Below are positions 45,391 to 53,634 of a DNA stretch of 53,634 nt, one piece after another. The notes beneath the pieces were generated by a model. It worked only from the letters and a program-made list of their open reading frames with translations. It did not search any database and was not told where the DNA came from. Source of the stretch: a virus (Duplodnaviria > Caudoviricetes); IMG/VR virus record IMGVR_UViG_3300026187_000020, positions 1-53,634 of that record. One strand, given 5' to 3'. Each line of letters begins with the position of its first letter. The stretch's first letter is position 1. A program made the translations under genes and the position numbers.

Positions 45391-47409
45391 TTAACCTCTA
45401 AGCTCTTTCCACTTAACGTCTACGTGTACGCCAGTTGCGTTAGTATAAGCAGAGGCTGGACCTATACGGTGTACCACAATCGCCCAGAGGAACTCAGAGC
45501 CAAAGTTGCCCCACAAGTCAGCACTACCTGCTACGTATGTCCCTACTTCACTTGAGGTGTCATAAGGGGTGGTGAATCCTGCATCAGTGTACAACTCAGC
45601 AGTGTTTGATCCAGTAATCTTAGGATAAACAACTTGACCTTCGATACCAGTCATAGCTGTAATGCTACCAGAGGTGTTTTCCACAATAGTTAGGGGATAA
45701 CCCTCACGGAAGATATGATACTGGTTGTCAGTAGGAACAGAACGAGTTGAGTTATCCTCAACCGTAATTACCGCAGGGCTTGCCTTAGTAATCGCCGTAA
45801 TGCTTGAACGATGTTGACCACCATTCTCAGCGTAGTTCTTAACAGCACTGTTTGACATCTGAGTGTAGATTTCAGAAAGGTCTAGGTTAAAAGAGCCTTT
45901 GCCATAACCGACATAAATCTCACCACCACGGCCGGGGTTGAACTCGTAGAAAGTAACATCAGTCGGATCTACTAGCTCTTCAACCGAAGAGGCAGGTCCA
46001 GTACGTTGCCACTGATAAGGTGTTACACTGTTGCTACCGATGATAGGCTCAACATATAGTTCCACCTTAACATGCACATCCTCAACAGTTACGGAGTCGT
46101 GGGCGCAAACTGCAATTTCTGTGGGGAAGTAAATAGCACGGTTAGTACCACCCGCAGCATAGGTAGCGGCGGGACGCATAACTGTAGCAATAAAGTCATC
46201 ATCAGTGGTAGCTGTAGATGGGATTGTAACAGTAGGTGCTGAGTTACGGCCAGGGATACCATAGTCGATAGGTTCAATTTCCGACTCAGTGTAGACAGCA
46301 GCACAGTAGACGTTCATGCTATGTGCAGAACCGATAGCTACACCATTAGCTTTTTGTACAAAGCAGATAGGTAGTGAGCCAGTACCCGTGACAGGCGGTA
46401 CATAGTTGTTGCCGTGGTAATATTCATGACAGACAATACGTTGCCCATTGTAGAATACACCAAAGCGAGTACGACCCGCACCTAGCCACTGAACGTCAAT
46501 CCAATAGAGGTTGTCCTTGGTCACGTCCAAGGTCATCTGAGAACGACCAGTGCCATCTAGCGGGTCAATGTTCCAGTCTGCTTGTGCAATATTTGTGTCT
46601 ACAACAGATCCTGTGACATCACTACGAACAGTCGCATAAAGGTTGCCATCAACTTGCTTAAACAAGAAACCATTACGGGCCTCAAACATACCCCAAGCAC
46701 GAATGAGGTTTGTAGCTCCTGTGTCACCTAAAGCCAAGGTTCCCATGAAGGTATGGGAAGAGCCAGGAAAATAGGTATGGTAAGTGTTTGACGTTTGGGT
46801 AATAACTTCGTCTGCTGAGTTACCATCTACTGTCAAAACAGCAGCACGGTAGTTAGCATTCCAAGTAATCGACGCACCAGTCTGGGAAATAGTGTTGCTA
46901 AACTGACTGGGGAGTGTACCTGTGTTAAACACATAGTCCCCAAGCAAAGTAGCCCCAGAGGTGCGAAGTTTACCAAAAGCATCTAGCTGTGGGTTGCCCT
47001 CGGCAAAGCGTACATTAGCTGCACCGAAGTTATCAATGTCCAAACCGTTTTCAGGGTTGTCGTAACCAATAATATTATTGGAGTTAATCCAAACATCTAC
47101 AGAGGTAGAAACAACACCACGAACAACTCCGTCAGAGTCTTGAATGTCTTCGCCAACTGTCGGGTTTAGGTTTTCGTATTGTGCACTCTTAGAGTAGTGG
47201 ACCTCCAGAATACCAGAGGTTCCACTCTCATATACCCCGTGAACATGCACTGTCCACCCGCTAGTCGCCAAGGTGTACCTTTCCCCGATAACCCAATTGT
47301 AGTCAGAGGGAGTCTTACCCGTGTAAGAAATCTGAGCGGTATGCTTCAGACGTACACGTTTACCTGTACTGTCTGGAGGGATTCTTGTAAAATTTCGTTC
47401 ACCGGACAT
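45391..47409 (-). CDS. putative virion structural protein (beta-sandwich/lectin-like)
   Basis: DAFGKLRTS, YFPG, WNIDPLDGTG, WLGAGRTRFG and ITAITKASPAVIT motifs, typical of phage structural proteins. Confidence 0.75.
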   Translation of the reverse strand: MSGERNFTRIPPDSTGKRVRLKHTAQISYTGKTPSDYNWVIGERYTLATSGWTVHVHGVYESGTSGILEVHYSKSAQYENLNPTVGEDIQDSDGVVRGVVSTSVDVWINSNNIIGYDNPENGLDIDNFGAANVRFAEGNPQLDAFGKLRTSGATLLGDYVFNTGTLPSQFSNTISQTGASITWNANYRAAVLTVDGNSADEVITQTSNTYHTYFPGSSHTFMGTLALGDTGATNLIRAWGMFEARNGFLFKQVDGNLYATVRSDVTGSVVDTNIAQADWNIDPLDGTGRSQMTLDVTKDNLYWIDVQWLGAGRTRFGVFYNGQRIVCHEYYHGNNYVPPVTGTGSLPICFVQKANGVAIGSAHSMNVYCAAVYTESEIEPIDYGIPGRNSAPTVTIPSTATTDDDFIATVMRPAATYAAGGTNRAIYFPTEIAVCAHDSVTVEDVHVKVELYVEPIIGSNSVTPYQWQRTGPASSVEELVDPTDVTFYEFNPGRGGEIYVGYGKGSFNLDLSEIYTQMSNSAVKNYAENGGQHRSSITAITKASPAVITVEDNSTRSVPTDNQYHIFREGYPLTIVENTSGSITAMTGIEGQVVYPKITGSNTAELYTDAGFTTPYDTSSEVGTYVAGSADLWGNFGSEFLWAIVVHRIGPASAYTNATGVHVDVKWKELRG

Positions 47410-47426
47410 ATTTTATTCCTTAATTA

Positions 47427-49040
47427 TTACGGGTTATCGTAGTTACGTTCCTGTGCAGGTGCAAGCAAGAAGGTGTTACCAGAACCCTCGTTAATAGTAT
47501 AATCAACTGAAATGAACTGACCACCACTCAAGCCAATGCCAATCAGTTTTACGTTAGTTGGTGTGTCTGCTGTCCGGCTCTTTTGCGTATTCTTCGAGAA
47601 GGCATAGTCAAAGGAGACGTCAGAACCAGAGTAAGTACCAGTAATATCTGAACCAAGGTTATCTTGAACAAGCTCTGCAGTTGCCGTACCATAGTCTGTC
47701 GAGATGAACATAAAGTATTCAAAGTCGCCAGAACCAGCGAAGGTACCAAATTGGATAGTACCAGATGCAACTTTCGGGAAGAGGTAGAAAGTACCATCGT
47801 CTGCTTTAAACTTAACGTTAGCATAGAGCGAAGTATTGAGGCCAGCGATGTAAACACCATCGCCAGTGGTTGCTTGCGAAGTACCTGTTTCCAGAGTGCT
47901 ACCAACAAAGTTAAGCAGCGGAACCTGAACACGACCAATTAGGTTAGTGATTTCACCATCAACATCGATATCGCTGGTGCTACGGAGCAAGTACTGAACT
48001 TTTTCATAGATTTGCTGAAGAGTTGCAACACCCGAAGCGTCAGTAACTTCAACACTATAGCTTTCATTTGTAGAGTCTTGGTTAACATCGTAGCTTTTCG
48101 GGTTAGTAGTCCAGTAACCAACAGTAATACCTGCATGAATTGAGTCTACTGTACCACCCTGAGTAGAAGCACTGCCGGGATCCGAAATAGACAATTCAAA
48201 GGAGTTGGCGTCTGGAACATCTGTAATATCCCCAGTTACATTATAACCAGATGGTAGCATACCAGAAATAGTCACTGAGTCTCCAATAGAGAATCCATGA
48301 CCCGTTGCCGAGTAAGTCGCCGTACCACCACTAAAGCTTGCCGAAGTGACAGTTGCTGTACGTGTAATATCAGCATCAGCCGCTGAAATGTTCAGGTCTG
48401 TACCATTAGACAGCGGGAAACGATAAGTAATGTAGGTTAGCGTAGACGCACCAACAGCGGTCGAGCTTGATTGTGCATAAGTTTTACCAGCTTCCCGGCA
48501 GAAAATGTTAAACACATCTGCTGTTTCACGATAATCAAAATCGCTAGCTGCACCATAGGTGGTGTCGCCAAACACTTGAACAGCTTCGTTAACTGGACCT
48601 TGATAGGTGAAGTTTTGAGCACCCTGCGAGACGCTGTTATCAACAAATTCATAGTAGGGTTGGTCTGTGGCACCAATGGAACCCAGCGACACAACGCCAA
48701 TGTATTCGCTAATAACGTTGCCGTTTGCATCTTTTTCTGCCCAACCAGCTGTACGAATCAGTTTACGAGTAGCAGCGTTTGCAGGTGCCCAGCCGTTAAT
48801 AAATTCAAACTGTTCAGGAGTAATCGCTTCCATGGGGAAGGGGTATTTAATAAAAGTTGCGTCAGCCTTCCAACGCTCTTTCAGGTAAGAGTACAAGCAT
48901 TGTCCAGTGACACCACCAGTAGCCCCTTCGTCAGTAACCGAACCTGTCGTAACAATCTCAATAGTTTTTGCTGAGACATTAATATTGATATCAGTTCCGT
49001 TAACGTTGGATAGGGAAGTAGGATCTGAAATAAGTGGCAT
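47427..49040 (-). CDS. putative virion structural protein
   Basis: 537 aa, S/T/G-rich; LYSYLKERW...YPFPM motif; ends ERNYDNP. Confidence 0.75.
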   Translation of the reverse strand: MPLISDPTSLSNVNGTDININVSAKTIEIVTTGSVTDEGATGGVTGQCLYSYLKERWKADATFIKYPFPMEAITPEQFEFINGWAPANAATRKLIRTAGWAEKDANGNVISEYIGVVSLGSIGATDQPYYEFVDNSVSQGAQNFTYQGPVNEAVQVFGDTTYGAASDFDYRETADVFNIFCREAGKTYAQSSSTAVGASTLTYITYRFPLSNGTDLNISAADADITRTATVTSASFSGGTATYSATGHGFSIGDSVTISGMLPSGYNVTGDITDVPDANSFELSISDPGSASTQGGTVDSIHAGITVGYWTTNPKSYDVNQDSTNESYSVEVTDASGVATLQQIYEKVQYLLRSTSDIDVDGEITNLIGRVQVPLLNFVGSTLETGTSQATTGDGVYIAGLNTSLYANVKFKADDGTFYLFPKVASGTIQFGTFAGSGDFEYFMFISTDYGTATAELVQDNLGSDITGTYSGSDVSFDYAFSKNTQKSRTADTPTNVKLIGIGLSGGQFISVDYTINEGSGNTFLLAPAQERNYDNP

Positions 49041-49044
49041 ATCT

Positions 49045-49236
49045 TTATTCCTTAATTAAATTTATTTGATAATTAGGAGTAACAACTATTGCAGTTGTGT
49101 TATCCTCATCGAAAAGCAGCTTATCGATAGCTACCACGTCCCCATCCGGGAAAGTCATAATATTACCAACTTCTAAAAACTCTATTCTCTCACCAATGTG
49201 TTGACCATCTGTAGTGCTAGCTATAATCCAAGCCAT
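49045..49236 (-). CDS. hypothetical protein
   Basis: AAGGA RBS; fills the gap between neighbours. Confidence 0.65.
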   Translation of the reverse strand: MAWIIASTTDGQHIGERIEFLEVGNIMTFPDGDVVAIDKLLFDEDNTTAIVVTPNYQINLIKE

Positions 49237-49253
49237 TTATATATTCCTTTTTA

Positions 49254-50837
49254 TTATGGGTTTTCATAGACTCGGTCCACAACCTGCTTCACGGCAATAG
49301 TGTCGTTAGTTGACTTATAAGTATAATCTACATAAATGTCTCGATAGCCTGTGGCGAAGATGACATAAAACCCCGATTGACCCGCAATAGTGTGACTAAA
49401 AGTAAAACTAGTTCCACTATTTTCTACTCCGCCTACTTCTGTTGCGCTAGCTGGGTCTGTGCCATTATAAAAGCGAACTTCAGAGTTAGATTGCAACCCG
49501 GTTAGTGTAATATCCGCCCCTGCTTCGATAGTAACAGTAGCACCAGCAGTTCTTACTGAAGGAGTGTCCCCGCCGCTCACAGTTAGCGTAAAGCTACCAG
49601 AACTAATATTAACATAAACAGCTTCATTTCCAGTAGTACCAGAGGTAGAGCCGGGAGTCCCGGCATAGCCTGAATAGGTTATGTTGCTAAGGGTTGCTTC
49701 CGTACCGCTAGTAATTTCAATAGCATGGCCTGTACCAGAAGAAGTAAAGGCCGTATTATTTAGGTTTTGACCGAGATCTACTCCTGAGTTATCTAAAAGA
49801 ACAGCTGATGTAGCTGTACTTCCATTAATAACACAATTCGAAATAACTGCTTGATTTTGGTCTATCTGACCACACCTGCGGAAAACTGTTTCATTAACTG
49901 TTGAATTAGAAAGGAAACCAAAAGTATCCATATCAACAAAGGTGCAAGATTCGAAGTTAATATCAGCATCATCGTTAGCTAAAAAGTAACCCTTAGAGGT
50001 TGTGCCAAGAGAACTAATAGAAATGTTTGTCCAATCTACTCTGCTAGTAGCTTGGTTAACTTCAATACCATTAAAAGTAGAGCCTACCTTTGTTGTATCA
50101 GCAATAAAGATAACACGGTTGCTATCTCTAAAATCTACTGGTGAAGTGCCATCTCCTAGTTGCATCAACCCTTGCATGGTGTAAACACCGTTAGCGTAGA
50201 TGAAACAGCCCCACTGGTTAGCTAGGGTGTTAGATGTGTCGCTTAGCCCACCAAACGTAGCGTAGCCATTTGCTAAGTCACCATCAGTGATCGTGAAGCT
50301 ACGACCAACACGCATAGCGTCAATCTTAAAAGGGAAACCTTTCGACGGACCTGAACCGGGAACGTTCCAGCGAACACCGAATTGTGAAGTACCTGCTCCA
50401 CGACCAGTAATGTCTGCTGTAATCGTAGGGTCAACTACGTAGCACTTCCAGCCACCGATCTGGTATGTGTCACTACCATCCATGTAGTAGAAGTCGATGG
50501 CATTGGTCGCAGATCCGATAGCAACCTGTACACCTGCACCATCAGCGTCAGCAGGGACAAGGGTATCAAGTGACTGGGCCACATCAGCTTTAGTCCAGAT
50601 CCAAACCGCATCACCTGATGCAATAGTCTGTGTGGATGCAAAGACCATACCACGAGCAGCATTAGAAAAGGGGTTACGTGATACTGCGCTAGAGCCTTGA
50701 ATGTAGTCATCAGTCTCAGGGTCAGTTAGTGCGTTCTGACCACCACCCCCAGACGAAATGAGCGTCCAAGTGCCAGTACCGCCGTCAGTAAAAATCTCTT
50801 GATTAGTTAATTCTGTTGTATAACTAGGTGCTGCCAT
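49254..50837 (-). CDS. putative virion structural protein with beta-helix-like segment
   Basis: FESCTF / ISNCVI / LNNTAF repeats; ends DRVYENP. Confidence 0.75.
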   Translation of the reverse strand: MAAPSYTTELTNQEIFTDGGTGTWTLISSGGGGQNALTDPETDDYIQGSSAVSRNPFSNAARGMVFASTQTIASGDAVWIWTKADVAQSLDTLVPADADGAGVQVAIGSATNAIDFYYMDGSDTYQIGGWKCYVVDPTITADITGRGAGTSQFGVRWNVPGSGPSKGFPFKIDAMRVGRSFTITDGDLANGYATFGGLSDTSNTLANQWGCFIYANGVYTMQGLMQLGDGTSPVDFRDSNRVIFIADTTKVGSTFNGIEVNQATSRVDWTNISISSLGTTSKGYFLANDDADINFESCTFVDMDTFGFLSNSTVNETVFRRCGQIDQNQAVISNCVINGSTATSAVLLDNSGVDLGQNLNNTAFTSSGTGHAIEITSGTEATLSNITYSGYAGTPGSTSGTTGNEAVYVNISSGSFTLTVSGGDTPSVRTAGATVTIEAGADITLTGLQSNSEVRFYNGTDPASATEVGGVENSGTSFTFSHTIAGQSGFYVIFATGYRDIYVDYTYKSTNDTIAVKQVVDRVYENP

Positions 50838-50839
50838 GC

Positions 50840-51619
50840 TTATACCTCCACATCAGTTATGCTGGTTAAATTGCCTTCAGCATCATAGTTAAACGTTCTT
50901 GTTAAAGTTGTATCTACCTTGTAGTAGACTAGTTCAGAAATATTAGAGTCTGTGTCATAAGAGAAAGTTTTATACTTCCCACCTGAGTAATCAATTCTAC
51001 TAATATTTCCATCTGAATAAGTAAAAGTCGGGTTTAAAGGGGATGCTTCTCCGTCAGCCCCAGCAGGCCCCGTCTCGCCTTGAATACCTTGAGGGCCTTG
51101 TGGGCCAGTCTCACCCTGAATACCTTGGGGGCCTTGTGGCCCAGTATCACCCTGTGGACCTTGTGGACCAATATCACCTTGGATGCCCTGTGGACCTTGT
51201 TCACCTTGAATGCCCTGTGGACCTTGTGGGCCAGTGTCCCCTTGAGGACCAGTTGCACCAGTATCCCCTTGAATACCTTGAGGGCCCTGAAGCCCTGTTT
51301 CACCTTGGATACCCTGCTCGCCTTGAGGTCCAGTATCGCCTTGTGGCCCTTGAATACCTTGTGGGCCTTGCTCTCCGGTGTCACCTTTGGAAACCATAAG
51401 CTCCCAATTAGTTAGATTACTGGGAAGGCTATTAGTATTATCTGCTATAGCAACGTAAGCAGAGCCATCATAGAAAACAACATCTCTATTACTATAATTA
51501 GTAGTGCTATCCCAAACGCCCTTCCAAGGATTTCCACTAGCACCCTGTGCACCTACTCTTTCTAAGGAAAGTTTTAAGATAGGGGATGACTTTTCTAGAT
51601 TATAACTGTATACTGCCAT
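50840..51619 (-). CDS. collagen-like fibre protein
   Basis: Long Gly-X-Y run (GPQGIQGDT), N-terminal WKGVW...Y...DVVFYDGSAY module, C-terminal YD-like repeats. Confidence 0.9.
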   Translation of the reverse strand: MAVYSYNLEKSSPILKLSLERVGAQGASGNPWKGVWDSTTNYSNRDVVFYDGSAYVAIADNTNSLPSNLTNWELMVSKGDTGEQGPQGIQGPQGDTGPQGEQGIQGETGLQGPQGIQGDTGATGPQGDTGPQGPQGIQGEQGPQGIQGDIGPQGPQGDTGPQGPQGIQGETGPQGPQGIQGETGPAGADGEASPLNPTFTYSDGNISRIDYSGGKYKTFSYDTDSNISELVYYKVDTTLTRTFNYDAEGNLTSITDVEV

Positions 51620-51726
51620 TATTATCCTCCTGTCAATCCTCGGATGGGCTAGTTATGGTTATCAGCACTATTCTTAAAACTGTTAAAGCTACCGCTACTG
51701 CCTAAAACAATAGCGATATCCTGATA

Positions 51727-52050
51727 TTACATACCGCCACGACCACCACGGGTATTGCGGATGCCAAGTACGCTCTTGACTTTCTGTGTGCCACGAGCTC
51801 TCATAGTACGAGCCTTGGCAGAAGCAAGTTGTGCCTTTTTCAATGCAGCCTTACGAGCAGCAGTCATCTTAAAAGCTGCACGACGCTTGATATTACCTGC
51901 ACTCGTGTTGCGGCCAATGGCAGCTACTGATGCGCCAGTTACACGGCTTGCAGCACCATACGCTTTTCTACGCATATTGGCACGAGCTGTTTTTCTTGTT
52001 CTTTTTGCGCCAATTCTTTCACGCAGTTTTTGTGTATTTGATTTAGCCAT
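51727..52050 (-). CDS. Arg/Lys/Ala-rich basic protein
   Basis: Very basic with a single acidic residue; paralogous to the upstream gene. Confidence 0.8.
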   Translation of the reverse strand: MAKSNTQKLRERIGAKRTRKTARANMRRKAYGAASRVTGASVAAIGRNTSAGNIKRRAAFKMTAARKAALKKAQLASAKARTMRARGTQKVKSVLGIRNTRGGRGGM

Positions 52051-52083
52051 TATAATTTCCTCTTCTTTATTTTAATTGATTAA

Positions 52084-52674
52084 TTACGAGCGTCTACGAG
52101 CGGCTGACGATGCTCTTTGGGCTTTCTTTAATGCAGCTCGACGGGCAGCGGTAAATTTATACCGACGACGAATGTTACCTGCACTAGTATTTCTACCAAT
52201 AGCTGCAACAGATACTGTTCTGCCAGTTACTTTAGAAGCTACTCTAGAAGCTGCTGCGTAGCGGTTTGCTCGTTTCAGTGCTTTTCTAGTCTTTCTGGCT
52301 TTTTCTTTACGTAAACGTCTTCGAAGTTGCGATGTACTTTCATTTGTACCAGTTTTAAAACGATACCTTGCCGTTTTAATTCGAGTACGAAGACCGCCGC
52401 TAACACCTGTTACAGAATTAGCAACTCTTTCAGCAGTCCCAACAGCAATACCAGCGTAAGTACCTGGTGCTCCTATGACTCCTGCTGTAAAGCTTTTAAG
52501 GCCTCCTTTTTGAATTCTGTTAAGAGAAGCCATCTGTGATGGGCTAGATGTAACTTGTCTACCCGCTCTAGTCATATTACCCGAAGTAAGGCCCCTTGTT
52601 GCATTATACAGCAAAGCTATATCACTGCGCCAACTTGCCCTAGAAGAAGAAATTGGTTTTAATGGTTTTGACAT
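52084..52674 (-). CDS. Arg/Lys-rich basic protein
   Basis: Likely start MSKPLK, with the same AGGAAATTATAATG leader as its paralogue. Confidence 0.8.
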   Translation of the reverse strand: MSKPLKPISSSRASWRSDIALLYNATRGLTSGNMTRAGRQVTSSPSQMASLNRIQKGGLKSFTAGVIGAPGTYAGIAVGTAERVANSVTGVSGGLRTRIKTARYRFKTGTNESTSQLRRRLRKEKARKTRKALKRANRYAAASRVASKVTGRTVSVAAIGRNTSAGNIRRRYKFTAARRAALKKAQRASSAARRRS

Positions 52675-52699
52675 TATAATTTCCTTTCTTTGCTTATAA

Positions 52700-53634
52700 T
52701 TAGAAACCAAAGCCACGCTTAATGACTGCGGTTCCTGCTCTGACTGGATATAAATACTCTACAGCATAGCGTAAAGCATCTGTCCAGTGTTCAACACCTT
52801 CCTTTTTATCAATCGTAGCACTATCTGGGTTAGACTCTACCCACTGTGTACGCTCTAGAGACTTAACGGTATTAACACATCTAGGGTGAACTAGTATGTC
52901 AATATCGCCATTGGCATTCTTAAACTTTTTATTTACAGCTGCTACTGAGTCTACAATCGGCGGAGCCTTGTTATGTGCTCTGGTAGCTATACCATGTGTC
53001 TCTAGGATTCTGAAATCAGTAACACCGACAGCAGCTGAAGTTTTTCGTGCCCTCCCTGCGGGATCAGGATAAGAAATGATACGATGATCTTTATACTTAT
53101 CCTTAAGCGCCCTCGCAAGGGTTTCAGTATCGGGGTGTCCCTGCATCTCATCAATGATGTGAATTTGATTGCCCCGAATAGCAAAGATAACAGAGGCCAT
53201 GATACCAACGTTAAAGTCAATAGCGACATGAACGTCTTCTCTGTCCTCAAAATATGGAAGTGTGTTATCTATGTGATCTTTACGATTAAACGTATAGAAC
53301 ACATTATTGCCAGAGTCCTCAAAGCTAGCTGTATATTCTCTAGCAAACTTTAAAGGGTCTAGCGTTAATTTCACCCTATCAATTTCTTCCTCATCGAGAA
53401 AGGGTGAATCCTTATAAGTATAATGATAGCTTTTCCAGTCATCATCATAGTCTTGTCTGTTATACATCTCATAAAAATAGTCATAACCACTAGGAGTACT
53501 AATAATAAGTGCTCGACCAGGGTTAGCCCCCCATTTAGAAGCGTTCTGTCTGGACCAACGAGTTGATACACATGGCTGAATGATAGACTCCCAAGATTCC
53601 TTGAGGTTCATACCAGCACCCTTCCATGAAGTAA
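52700..53634 (-). CDS. terL: terminase large subunit (5' end outside window)
   Basis: RALIISTP coupling motif, FAREYTASF, nuclease motifs VAIDFN, YPDPAG and HWTDALRY; frame open to the window edge. Confidence 0.95.
   Translation of the reverse strand, partial: TSWKGAGMNLKESWESIIQPCVSTRWSRQNASKWGANPGRALIISTPSGYDYFYEMYNRQDYDDDWKSYHYTYKDSPFLDEEEIDRVKLTLDPLKFAREYTASFEDSGNNVFYTFNRKDHIDNTLPYFEDREDVHVAIDFNVGIMASVIFAIRGNQIHIIDEMQGHPDTETLARALKDKYKDHRIISYPDPAGRARKTSAAVGVTDFRILETHGIATRAHNKAPPIVDSVAAVNKKFKNANGDIDILVHPRCVNTVKSLERTQWVESNPDSATIDKKEGVEHWTDALRYAVEYLYPVRAGTAVIKRGFGF

Noticed and set aside
51034-51415. Tandem 9-bp-periodic repeats with overlapping ORFs
   Set aside because: Explained by the collagen Gly-X-Y coding sequence.
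1-53634. Stop-codon reassignment or lysogeny module
   Set aside because: Long genes are intact under the standard code and all three stop codons are used. No integrase or repressor/antirepressor switch is seen in this window.

Overview
This window is a 53.6-kb piece of a lytic, long-tailed dsDNA phage (siphovirus). Every credible gene is on the minus strand. Read in the direction of transcription (right to left), the order is: terminase large subunit (cut by the right edge), two paralogous Arg/Lys-rich proteins, a long block of fibre and accessory structural genes, PhoH, the tail-tip genes, a cluster of exported/membrane proteins with holin and GH19 endolysin, portal, a 1584-aa protein, scaffold, major capsid, neck and tail genes with a -1 frameshift chaperone, tape measure, HNH, a terminator, an early region of small promoter-bounded cassettes, a T7-like RNA polymerase, SSB, nucleotide/DNA-processing genes, and a T7-like family A DNA polymerase (cut by the left edge). 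The main finding is a two-polymerase transcription system. The 1584-aa protein in the minor-head-protein slot is a MuF/SPP1-gp7 domain with an inserted EreA/ChaN/TIKI-like domain, fused to a single-subunit RNA polymerase with intact catalytic motifs. It is probably a virion-packaged RNAP. A second, stand-alone T7-like RNAP is also encoded. Two distinct repeated promoter families match the two enzymes: an early hairpin-containing motif (4 copies) and a T7-geometry middle/late motif (4 copies). All family calls come from motif recognition by eye; no searches were run.
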